Source of the DNA: a candidate division WOR-3 bacterium
Lineage (GTDB): Bacteria > SDB-A
Length of the DNA stretch: 60,712 nucleotides
Reading direction: 5' to 3'
NCBI GenBank assembly: GCA_016929715.1
Contig: JAFGIG010000097.1
Coordinates: 1 to 60,712, forward strand
Below are positions 45,932 through 54,595 of the stretch, one piece after another. Both the position numbers and the translations under genes were made by a program. Position 1 is the first letter of the stretch; each line of letters opens with the position of its first letter. The notes beneath the pieces are model-generated. The model was not told where the DNA came from and searched no databases. It saw only the letters and a list, made by a program, of their open reading frames with translations.

Positions 45932-47714
45932 AAATGATCTCCCCAGCCTGAAGTCTATACAACCCCGCGTAAATTCCTTCGGATTTCAGCAGGTCATCGT
46001 GAGTTCCCTGTTCCACGACTTCTCCCGTCTGAAGGACAATAATTTTATTGGCGTTTGTTATAGTGCTGAGCCTGTGAGCTACGACAATGGATGTTCTTTC
46101 CGCTGTGAGCATATCAGTCGCGTCCTGAATCTTCTTTTCCGTTCCCGGGTCGACTGACGATGTGGCTTCGTCAAGTATAAGTATCTCGGGATCGTAGAGA
46201 ACAGCTCTGCCGAGGCATATGAGCTGCCTTTCGCCCATAGATATGTTGAGTCCCCCTTCGCTGATTTCCTCTTCAAGTCCTTTTGGAAGTTTTTCAACTA
46301 TATCCCAGGCGTGCATTGATTCGAGCGCTCTTTTCTGCGCGAATCTAGACATCTCGTCGTTGAATACAGATATGTTCTCTGAAATAGTCCCGGAAAACAG
46401 GCTTACATTCTGCAGGACAAGTCCTATTTTGGAGCGCCAAAGTTCGAGTCTAAAACTTTTAATGTCGATGTCTCCGATTTTTATTACACCGTGGGTCGGT
46501 TCGTAAAACCTCAGAAGAAGGCTGATGATGGTCGTTTTCCCGCTCCCGCTCGCTCCGACAATCGCATACATTGAACCTCTCGGAATTGAAAAACTGACAT
46601 TTTTCAGCACCCAGGAATCTTTATATTTGAACCATACATTTTCAAATCTTATCTCTTTCCAATTTTGGGGAAAAGATTCTTCGCCTAACTCTCCGTCAGG
46701 CGTTTTTGTTTTAGTTTCGAGAATAGAAAATATTCTGTCAGCGGAAGCGAAAGCTCTCTGGACTTGATTCAGAGTTTCCGAGAACTGAACAATGGGCATG
46801 AAAAGCCTTCGGGTGTATTCGACAAAAAGGACAACTGTCCCGATTGTTATAACTCCTGTCGATAAATTGCTTCTGCCTCCCAATAAAATTATGATAACGA
46901 CAAGAATTTCGCACGCCCCGATAAAGCTCCAGTAAGCGTATTCAACTGTGTATGCTTTAACTTCACTTTTAAGGAAACCGACTCCTACATCGTGCATTTT
47001 CCTCTTCGCCATTTCGTTAGCTCTGAATATCTGAATCACCTGAACCGCTCTGACGTATTCTGTTATAAAACCGGTCATTTTAGCAAAACTCACTCTTACC
47101 TTTGAGGTGAGTTTTCTCGTCAATTTCAAAAAGAAATATGTCGTGAAAGCCACCGGAAAAAGAAGCGCCAGCACCATCAGGGTCATCTTGATGTTGGTAT
47201 GCATCATCACAACAAGTGTTCCCGTGAACATAATCAGGTTGGAAAGAAGCGCCATCGACACATCGCTGAAAAGCATTCTGACTCTTTCGGCATCGCTCTC
47301 AACTCTCGCCATAAGTTTACCCGGGGGGTTCGTATCAAAATAAGCCATGGAAAGCGTCAGAAGGTGACTGAAAAGCCTAGCTTTAAGATCTCTTATTATG
47401 GAAAGTCCTATCCTGGTCGTAATGATTATCTGAATGTAGGATATAATTACAGAGAAGGCAAAAATACCGGCAAACAAAGACGCGAGCCCAAACACTTCAG
47501 CCGTGTTTTTATCCGGTATGGCTTTGTCTATAACTTGCCTAAGTATGAGAGGAGCCGCCAACGCGCAGGCAGTGACCGCGAGAAGAAGGCACATCGCTGC
47601 GAAAAACTGCCACAGAAAAGGTCTTATGAAAGGGAACATGACCTTTATAAGTTCAGCGGTGCCGTATTTTCTCGCTTCTTTTTCCAAAAGATCATCGTTC
47701 TTCCAAAACCTCAT
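45924..47714 (-). CDS. ABC exporter permease/ATPase subunit (heterodimer partner with degenerate signature motif)
   Basis: Walker A is GASGSGKTT and Walker B is canonical (ILILDEATS), but the signature is degenerate (ISMGERQ in place of LSGGQ). 8-nt overlap with the partner gene. Confidence 0.92.
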   Translation of the reverse strand: MRFWKNDDLLEKEARKYGTAELIKVMFPFIRPFLWQFFAAMCLLLAVTACALAAPLILRQVIDKAIPDKNTAEVFGLASLFAGIFAFSVIISYIQIIITTRIGLSIIRDLKARLFSHLLTLSMAYFDTNPPGKLMARVESDAERVRMLFSDVSMALLSNLIMFTGTLVVMMHTNIKMTLMVLALLFPVAFTTYFFLKLTRKLTSKVRVSFAKMTGFITEYVRAVQVIQIFRANEMAKRKMHDVGVGFLKSEVKAYTVEYAYWSFIGACEILVVIIILLGGRSNLSTGVITIGTVVLFVEYTRRLFMPIVQFSETLNQVQRAFASADRIFSILETKTKTPDGELGEESFPQNWKEIRFENVWFKYKDSWVLKNVSFSIPRGSMYAIVGASGSGKTTIISLLLRFYEPTHGVIKIGDIDIKSFRLELWRSKIGLVLQNVSLFSGTISENISVFNDEMSRFAQKRALESMHAWDIVEKLPKGLEEEISEGGLNISMGERQLICLGRAVLYDPEILILDEATSSVDPGTEKKIQDATDMLTAERTSIVVAHRLSTITNANKIIVLQTGEVVEQGTHDDLLKSEGIYAGLYRLQAGEIIYD

Positions 47715-47869
47715 GTTACCCTTTCCGGTTTTGTCCCGTTAAATGTCAAAAACGCTTCCCAATTATACGCTATCATATCAAGAAGAATAACCCTGTTGTT
47801 GAATTTTCGGTGAAATCTGTTATCATAGGAATGTACCACCTTCAATCTTCTCCGGAAAGAGAAGATTAC

Positions 47870-47911
47870 GCCATCCCTCTTCAGTCCCCCTTCTAAGAGG
47901 GATGGCTTTTT
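47870..47911. terminator. strong stem-loop (11-bp perfect stem, 15-nt loop) with T5 on the + strand, abutting the AEC gene stop; preceded by a 9-bp hairpin at 47844-47867
   Basis: GCCATCCCTCT (47870-47880) pairs with AGAGGGATGGC (47896-47906), followed by TTTTT (47907-47911). On the minus strand it sits immediately after the AEC stop codon (47912-47910). Confidence 0.5.
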
Positions 47912-48812
47912 ACTTCAGTGCAAAGAATATGATGAGAGGCAGAGCCAATATGCTCGCTATAAGCGATAGTGATACCGCGCCGCTGGCATTTTTGATGTCG
48001 TGCCCGTGAAGGGAGGCATAGACCACAGAGTTAAATCCGCATGGTGATGAAGACGCCAAAAGAACCACAAATTTCTCGGTAGGAGGCAGTTTTATAACAG
48101 AAACGATTATCAATCCCAGAATACCTCCTACAGCCATTCTGAGAAAAACCGACATCAGAACTGTTTTTAAATCGGCAATCTTAAAGTCGAGAAGCGAACC
48201 AAGGGCGAATAATATCATCGGGAAAGCCGGCTTTTCCAAAAATTCAGCTGTTTCCAACAAGACTTTCGGCGGGTCGTAACCTAAAACATTTACCGCCGCG
48301 GAAACGGCTACTGCCCATACAGGAGGAGAAAGCATCAGGTTTTTAAGAGTGTCCTTAAAAGATCCTGAGGCGTGATAACTCGAAAAAGCGAAAAGGAAAG
48401 TCGCTATCACCGCCATGTTGCCAATATCGAATATCATACACGACGAAAGTCCTTTTTCTCCTGTAAACTCTCTTATAAAAGGCATTAAAAAGCCGGTGTT
48501 CATTATTGAGACCGCGAGAATAAACGAGACTTTTTTTCTTTTGTCTTTCGTTATCTTTTTCGATATAAAAAGGGAAAGGGCAAACATCGTAAAGAGAATA
48601 AACGACGCTATAAAAGGAAGGATAACCTGATTTTGTTCTATCTCAACAGAATGAAGAATCCTGAAAACGAGAAAAGGAAACACAAAATAGAAATAAATTC
48701 TTAAAAGAGCCTGTCCGTTTTTTTCAGATACCAGCCCAAATTTATTCCCCGCGAAACCGAGAACAAAAGCCGCAATATATGGAACCATCCCGGTTATTAT
48801 ATCATTAAACAT
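47910..48812 (-). CDS. AEC (auxin efflux carrier) family transporter
   Basis: 300 aa with about 10 TM segments and the typical N-terminal and C-terminal 5-TM halves. Confidence 0.8.
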   Translation of the reverse strand: MFNDIITGMVPYIAAFVLGFAGNKFGLVSEKNGQALLRIYFYFVFPFLVFRILHSVEIEQNQVILPFIASFILFTMFALSLFISKKITKDKRKKVSFILAVSIMNTGFLMPFIREFTGEKGLSSCMIFDIGNMAVIATFLFAFSSYHASGSFKDTLKNLMLSPPVWAVAVSAAVNVLGYDPPKVLLETAEFLEKPAFPMILFALGSLLDFKIADLKTVLMSVFLRMAVGGILGLIIVSVIKLPPTEKFVVLLASSSPCGFNSVVYASLHGHDIKNASGAVSLSLIASILALPLIIFFALK

Positions 48813-48850
48813 TTTCTTTCCTTTCCCGTATTTCGGAACAGTTTATCAGA

Positions 48851-50506
48851 TTAAAGAGAAAGATGCTGATACAGGTCGCCGTCTCTAAAACCGAGTTTTC
48901 TGTAATAGTTCCTCGTCCCCACAGCAGAGATTACAGAAATGACAGAACACCCGCATGAGGAGGACAATTCTGAGGCTGTCTGTATCAGTTTTCTGCCTAT
49001 TCCCCTGTGTTGGCTTTTGCCATTATTTTTTTCTCCTATCACCGCCGTGTTGCCGTAAACGTGAAGCTCCCTGATAAGGCCGGATTTCTTCACTTCGGGC
49101 ACGAAATTTCTGCTTTCTTCAGCTTCCTCGCGAGAGTGTTCGCTTGGAACCGAAAGCCTGAGAAATCCGGCCAACCTTCCTTTCGAATCGGTGCATTGAA
49201 TAAAATGCTCTACGAAAGGCTCGCATTGGTATGCAGTATCAGAAAAAAAGAGTCCTCCTTCGGGAGTTTTTCCCCTAATTTCACGGTTTCTTATGTTGAC
49301 ATCTTTCAAGCCTTTCTCTTTTATCTCATTTTCTACTCTTTCTCTCAAATTGTTTGAGGGCGAATTATCGACAGTGTCCGTGGATGGGATGTCCCTTATA
49401 ACCCTTGAAATTCTGCAGTAAAGCGGCGTTTGGGATATAAAGGAAGCGACAAGCCTGACGAGAGTCTCTTTACTGTAGTATCTGAACTCGCCTTTTTTAA
49501 GCATTTCATTGAGAGGGCTCCCTTTTACAACCATCAACGGGTATATTTTCACTTCGTCGGGTATGAAAGGAGGCGAGAAAAGTTTTCTGTAGGTCATAAG
49601 GTCTTTTGCCGGATCCGATCCGGGTAAATTCAACATCACGTGGGCTTGAATCTTAAATCCCGCAGATCTCATCAAGAAAAACGCTCTTTCAATATCTTTA
49701 CTTTTCATGCCGACTTTATTCTTTTTAAGCACTTCCTCATCGAGAGACTGGACACCGGATTGAATTTTTGTGCATCCCAGCCTCCTTAGAAATATGAGCT
49801 CTCTCTCGTCAATCATGTCTGCTCTGGTCTCAAAAGAAAGTCCGACGCACCTGTTTTTTGCGTCTTCATTCAATTTCTGCTCGTGTAAAAGGGCGTCAAT
49901 TTTCTCAAGAACCGGGGGGCTTTTTTTTTCTTCTCCGCTTCTATCATCGCTGTGATCGTTCAGCGCTTCAAAAATCGCCCTTGAAAAATCAATTCTGTAT
50001 TCATCTTCGTAACTTCCGAAAGAGCCTCCGAGAACAATAATTTCGCACTTTCCCGTTTCATGTCCTGTGTTTAGAAGAGCTTTCAAACGGCTCGACGTCT
50101 GTTTATATGGATCGAAGCCGTTTTCAAGCGCTCTCATCGAACCCGGCTCACTGGATAAATAACTTTTAGGCATATTCTCCTCATCAGGGCAGAATATGCA
50201 TTTTCCCGGGCAGGGATTGGGTTTTGTCATGACCGCGACAGACACGATTCCGGAAGAACTTCTCGTCGGTTTTGTTCTCAGCGTTTCTTCAATTATTTTA
50301 TTCGGTTCAATTTTTCTCTCTTGAACCATTTCCCTGTAACATCCGAGTAATTGAGCTTTTGAGAAAAATCCTCCTTCTTCTTTTGAATATTTCCTGAGAA
50401 TTTTTTTTATTTTTTTTTCATCCGGAGATTCAACCCCAGAAATTGCCAGAACCGCGCAAGAGAGTTGACTCAGATTTTTTTTTGTGTATTGATTTTCATA
50501 TTTCAT
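48851..50506 (-). CDS. elp3: Elp3-family radical SAM + GNAT enzyme (tRNA U34 cm5 modification type)
   Basis: KPTRSSSGIVSVAVMTKPNPCPGKCIFCPDE (radical SAM CxxxCxxC in the Elp3 context), SYLSSEPGSMRA and FDPYKQ motifs. C-terminal GNAT with the Elp3-type QHRGIGRKL motif. Confidence 0.85.
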   Translation of the reverse strand: MKYENQYTKKNLSQLSCAVLAISGVESPDEKKIKKILRKYSKEEGGFFSKAQLLGCYREMVQERKIEPNKIIEETLRTKPTRSSSGIVSVAVMTKPNPCPGKCIFCPDEENMPKSYLSSEPGSMRALENGFDPYKQTSSRLKALLNTGHETGKCEIIVLGGSFGSYEDEYRIDFSRAIFEALNDHSDDRSGEEKKSPPVLEKIDALLHEQKLNEDAKNRCVGLSFETRADMIDERELIFLRRLGCTKIQSGVQSLDEEVLKKNKVGMKSKDIERAFFLMRSAGFKIQAHVMLNLPGSDPAKDLMTYRKLFSPPFIPDEVKIYPLMVVKGSPLNEMLKKGEFRYYSKETLVRLVASFISQTPLYCRISRVIRDIPSTDTVDNSPSNNLRERVENEIKEKGLKDVNIRNREIRGKTPEGGLFFSDTAYQCEPFVEHFIQCTDSKGRLAGFLRLSVPSEHSREEAEESRNFVPEVKKSGLIRELHVYGNTAVIGEKNNGKSQHRGIGRKLIQTASELSSSCGCSVISVISAVGTRNYYRKLGFRDGDLYQHLSL

Positions 50507-50536
50507 CGTTTGATTTTAGCATAAAATTGTTTTTAT

Positions 50537-51265
50537 ATGACATGGGAGATTATGAACAAATATGTTTTGCTAAACAGAATGTTTTATGATTATAATGCCT
50601 CTTTTTTTTCTTCTTCGAGGAGCAGAGCCGAACTAGATAAAATCCTTAAATTTTGCCGTTTATTGCCGGCGTCAGGATTTTATAATGTTCTCGACCTCGG
50701 ATGCGGAGAAGGAAAATTGCTGTTTTATTTTTCAGAGTTTGCAAATCCAGAAAATTTTTACTACATCGGAATCGACCAGAGTTTACAAATGATCAAAAAA
50801 GGCATTTCGAGCCTGGGCAGAGTCCTGAATGCCGGTTTTATAAACGCCTATGTGAGCAGTGATTTTCTAAAAACAATTGATATCCGGTTCAGCCTTGTCG
50901 CCGCTCTCGGTCTTTTTCACCACATTCCGGACCAGAAGGAAAGAGAAAATATAGTCAATCAGATATGCCGGTTGACAGGAAAAGACGGAACCGCTGTTAT
51001 TTCGCTATGGAATTTCGAGACATCAAAAATACGGATACTGGCGAATGTAAAAGACAAATCCGGAACACCCAAAAAAGGGGATTATCTTCTGGGCTACGCA
51101 AACAGCCGGATACCCCGTTTCTGTCACAGTTTCGACTCAGAAGAAATCGGGGAAATCAGGAAAATATTCAAATCCCGAGGCTTTGAAACCCGAAAATTTA
51201 GGATAATCAGAAACAATAATTCATGCGACTTTATTCTTTGGGCAAAAAATCTATCATCAAATTAA
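50537..51265 (+). CDS. class I SAM-dependent methyltransferase, Trm9/ALKBH8-MT-like
   Basis: FYDYNASFFSSSRSR (cf. Trm9 YxxIAxHFSxTR); VLDLGCGEGKLL motif I; LGLFHHIPDQKERENIVNQICRLTGKDGTAVISLWNFE (cf. Trm9 IAVxHHxSTxERRxxxIxxxxRxLxxGGxALIYxWALE). Divergent from elp3 with a 30-bp gap. Confidence 0.6.
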   Translation: MTWEIMNKYVLLNRMFYDYNASFFSSSRSRAELDKILKFCRLLPASGFYNVLDLGCGEGKLLFYFSEFANPENFYYIGIDQSLQMIKKGISSLGRVLNAGFINAYVSSDFLKTIDIRFSLVAALGLFHHIPDQKERENIVNQICRLTGKDGTAVISLWNFETSKIRILANVKDKSGTPKKGDYLLGYANSRIPRFCHSFDSEEIGEIRKIFKSRGFETRKFRIIRNNNSCDFILWAKNLSSN

Positions 51266-51266
51266 T

Positions 51267-53432
51267 CTATCTCCGGGAATAGCTTTTGATAAAATCTCTC
51301 ATTCTTCCGGCTTCGGGATGAGAAGGATCCAATTGGAGAACTTTTCCAAAATAATAAGCGGCGTTTTGGCTGTCTCCGGCAAGTATATGATAAACGGCAA
51401 TTTCCCTTAAAAATCTCGCGTCGCCGGGGAACATCTGGGTTCCTTCCATGAGTTTGGAATGGCCTCTTTCAATATCTCCTAAATCCGAAAGGCACCCTAT
51501 AGCCGCGTTGTATAGGGCGTCGGAATCCGAAGGAAATCTTTCGAAAAGATACTCAGCGAGCATTAATTTTTCCCTAAAAAGTTTTGCTTCGTCTAAAATT
51601 TCTATAGCCGTTACAATTTCATCCCGGGATCCCCCTTCAGGAATCCTGCCTCTTTCAGCTTCAATAGATATTTTCAGCGCCTTTATCAAAAGAGAAGTGC
51701 TCGGAGTTTCTCTCGCCCCGGAAATGAGAACTGACGCCTTGTCATAGTTTCCCTCGATAAAATAAACTTTAGACAGATTTACCGCAGCGTCATAGTAATC
51801 AGAGTTTATCTCCATCGCTTTAATGAACATCGCCTTGGCTCCAGTAAAACTATCTATAAGGGAATATGTCACGCCGAGTTTATTCATAAGAAAATAATTC
51901 GACGGGTAAATTTTCAGTGCCGCCGAGTAATTTTCCAGCGCTTTTAGGTATTCTTCGGAAATGAAAAACACATCTCCTTTGCCTATGTAGGCGCCTCCGT
52001 AATTCGGAAATCTATCCAAAATCAGGCTGTAGAGCGAATCGGCTTTTTTCAGATTTTCTTCTTCCTCAATACCTTCTATTGCGAGGTTGATATAAGCCGT
52101 TCCGAGGTTGTTTCTCGACCTTATCCATCCCTGTCTGCATTTTTCGCCTGTTTTGGCGGCTGAATCGGAAAAAAGGGAGACATTGTCTTTCCAAGCCTTC
52201 CCCCTGAAAAAAACGGCGGCGCAGAAAGAGAGCAGTAATATTAAAAATATTGCTGTGAGGGCTTTCCTTCTGAGGAACAGAAACGGAATTAAAACCGATG
52301 CCCCTGTCAATGGAAGGTAGAGATAATGCTCCATACCCGATTCAAAAGCCGGAATAAAATTGAGGACAGGCAAAAGACAAATTAAAAATACGAGAAAAGC
52401 CCAAAGAAACAATTTGCTATTTCTGAAAATATAAAACGCGGTTATAGTAACGGAGACAGCGGCAAAGCCTAAAATAGTTTGAAGATCAAGAAACGAGTAA
52501 AAAAGATTAATTCCGGTCTCGAAATTTAAGAAAAACGGAAATACGGTTCTCAGAAGATAATATCCCCAAATTGAAGGGATTGTCAGATATAAAGTCATGA
52601 GTCCGTCTTTTTGAGTCCAAAAACTTTCGTCCACCGGAGTGAAAGGGGAAACAGAAATAACATTAATGCGGACAAAAATATAGACTAAAATTACAGGAAT
52701 AAAAAGCGCGGCGTGAGTCAGGGCTTTTTTCAGGGATATTTGTTTTCTTAGAAATAAAAAATAATAAACCGAGACTATCGGAAGAAAGAGTAAACCGGTT
52801 TCCTTGCAGAGCATGACGAAAGCGAAAGCGATTGTCGTCACCGCGAACGAATAGGGCTTTTTCAAGCCTATCGCGAGACATCCGGATAAAATCCCTATTG
52901 TCACGAAAAGGTCTCCTCTGGCAGAGAGCCAATACACTGTCTGAGAATTAGCCGGATGAAAGGCAAAAAAAGCGCTGGACGCCATTGCCCAAAAGAAAAG
53001 TTTCCGCGGGTTCTGGGCTGTTTCACGATCTATTTCAAAAATACCCTTTCTGTGTCTGCTGTTTTGAAAAATTCTTTTCACGAGTTTGTAGAGCAATATG
53101 ACTGTGACAAGATGGAACAAAAAATTGTCGAGATGAAACATCGCCCAGTTATCCTTCCAAAGCATAACTTCGAGGGCAAAAAGGGCGGGGATCAAAGGCC
53201 TGTAATAGGGAGACTCTCCTCTCGTAATGTGAAAAAGATCATTCCCGAATATTTCCGCAAAATCCCTGTTCTGAACGTGAGGGTTTCTGATTATCAGGTC
53301 AACATCGTCGTAACAGAGTTTATTAAAAAATGAGGGAGAATAAGACAGCGCCGCCATAAGGAAAAGAAGAGCGAAAAAAAACAGTTTATTCTTGAGACTA
53401 AGCTCTTTGGCCTTGCGCTTAATATCTTTCAT
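51267..53432 (-). CDS. polytopic GT-C-like (PMT_2/TMTC-like) membrane glycosyltransferase with C-terminal TPR repeats
   Basis: About 420 aa with 10+ TM helices and an early YDDVDLIIRNPHV loop motif (as in TMTC/DUF1736 proteins), followed by about 290 aa of TPR. Confidence 0.55.
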   Translation of the reverse strand: MKDIKRKAKELSLKNKLFFFALLFLMAALSYSPSFFNKLCYDDVDLIIRNPHVQNRDFAEIFGNDLFHITRGESPYYRPLIPALFALEVMLWKDNWAMFHLDNFLFHLVTVILLYKLVKRIFQNSRHRKGIFEIDRETAQNPRKLFFWAMASSAFFAFHPANSQTVYWLSARGDLFVTIGILSGCLAIGLKKPYSFAVTTIAFAFVMLCKETGLLFLPIVSVYYFLFLRKQISLKKALTHAALFIPVILVYIFVRINVISVSPFTPVDESFWTQKDGLMTLYLTIPSIWGYYLLRTVFPFFLNFETGINLFYSFLDLQTILGFAAVSVTITAFYIFRNSKLFLWAFLVFLICLLPVLNFIPAFESGMEHYLYLPLTGASVLIPFLFLRRKALTAIFLILLLSFCAAVFFRGKAWKDNVSLFSDSAAKTGEKCRQGWIRSRNNLGTAYINLAIEGIEEEENLKKADSLYSLILDRFPNYGGAYIGKGDVFFISEEYLKALENYSAALKIYPSNYFLMNKLGVTYSLIDSFTGAKAMFIKAMEINSDYYDAAVNLSKVYFIEGNYDKASVLISGARETPSTSLLIKALKISIEAERGRIPEGGSRDEIVTAIEILDEAKLFREKLMLAEYLFERFPSDSDALYNAAIGCLSDLGDIERGHSKLMEGTQMFPGDARFLREIAVYHILAGDSQNAAYYFGKVLQLDPSHPEAGRMRDFIKSYSRR

Positions 53433-53485
53433 GGATTCATTTTAACACTTTGGGATGATATGACAAGTGCGACATACACAATATA

Positions 53486-53513
53486 TTGAATTAAGTCCAA
53501 AATAGTGTATAAT
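53486..53513 (+). promoter_or_regulatory. sigma70-like promoter upstream of prsW
   Basis: TTGAAT (53486-53491), N16, TATAAT (53508-53513). Confidence 0.35.
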
Positions 53514-53581
53514 TAAACAATGTCAATACCTGTATATTCAGAAGGGGTTGAAAAAAAGTATCTGTTCCGGAGAGAATACTT

Positions 53582-54595
53582 ATGTTTTTAGCTTTTGCCG
53601 CGGGCTTCGGCGGGATTCTTTTTTCTACGGCGGTTTTTGTTTTTTTTCTTCTCTGGTTCGACAGATATGAAAAAGAACCGGTTTTTCTTCTGAATCTCGC
53701 GTTTTTCTGGGGCATGATCCCCGCAATAGTATTGGCTCTTATTCTCGAAATGCTTTTCTCTTATCCGTTGTCTTCTTTTTCAGAATCCCAGCTTACACAT
53801 TCTTTTTTCTCCACCGGAATCATAGCTCCGTTCGTTGAAGAAACTGTCAAAGGATTTTTTCTCTTGCTGCTTTTCGCTTTTTTCAGAAAACACGTCGACA
53901 ACGAATTGGACGGCGCCATATACGGAGCCCTTTGCGGGCTCGGATTCGCGCTCACTGAAGATATTTTTTATTTTTTGGGCTCTCTCGGACAAGGAGCGGT
54001 ATCTGGCTATGTCAATGTTTTCTTCAGAAGTTTTATATTCGGATCCAATCACGCTTTCTGGACAGCCATAATCGGCTTTGCCTTCGGAAAAGCAGTCCTC
54101 TCATCAAGTTCTGCTAAAGGAATTCTGATTGTCTTTATTTCATGGCTTCTCGCGGTTTTTCTCCATGGCATCCATAACATTTGCGTCGTTTTCGCCCCTC
54201 ACACTTACTGTCTGTCCTTTTTTATAGATTTCTTTTTTAATTTCGGAGGCATGATTCTTCTGCTTGTAGTTTTGACTTATGTTATCAGTAAGGAGGGCAA
54301 GTGGATTGAAAAATCGCTTAGGCCTGAAGTTGATGCAGGACTAATCAGCGAAAAAGACCTTTCGGTTATCAAATCCGCTTTCAAAAGGTCATCCGTGAAA
54401 CTAAAGACTATAAAAAGAGAAGGCTCTAAAGAAAGCAAAAAACTCGGGCTTTTTTTCCAGACAGCTTCCGAACTTTCTTTTAAGAGGCACAGACACTCGA
54501 TAAAACCGTCAAATGATCTCCAAAAGACAATAACCATGCTTTCAGATAAATTTTCTTCTCTCGCCCCTGATGTAAGAAGATGGCTTTCTTTCTGA
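53582..54595 (+). CDS. prsW: PrsW-family intramembrane metalloprotease
   Basis: Polytopic; FVEETVKG (EExxK), NHAFWTA and FLHGIHN motifs. Confidence 0.8.
   Translation: MFLAFAAGFGGILFSTAVFVFFLLWFDRYEKEPVFLLNLAFFWGMIPAIVLALILEMLFSYPLSSFSESQLTHSFFSTGIIAPFVEETVKGFFLLLLFAFFRKHVDNELDGAIYGALCGLGFALTEDIFYFLGSLGQGAVSGYVNVFFRSFIFGSNHAFWTAIIGFAFGKAVLSSSSAKGILIVFISWLLAVFLHGIHNICVVFAPHTYCLSFFIDFFFNFGGMILLLVVLTYVISKEGKWIEKSLRPEVDAGLISEKDLSVIKSAFKRSSVKLKTIKREGSKESKKLGLFFQTASELSFKRHRHSIKPSNDLQKTITMLSDKFSSLAPDVRRWLSF

Noticed and set aside
47199-47813. 204-aa plus-strand ORF (and 47107-47343, 47503-47742)
   Set aside because: It lies entirely antisense to the well-supported ABC exporter gene. It is R/K/H-rich with low complexity, no motifs and no RBS. 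This is a typical shadow ORF.
47715-47870. Riboswitch or leader element upstream of the ABC exporter operon
   Set aside because: On the minus strand only a plausible -10 (TATAAT, plus-strand attata at 47762-47767) and a short unstructured leader are visible. The stable hairpins lie upstream of that promoter, and in the + orientation they look like terminator or sRNA elements. No known riboswitch consensus was recognised.
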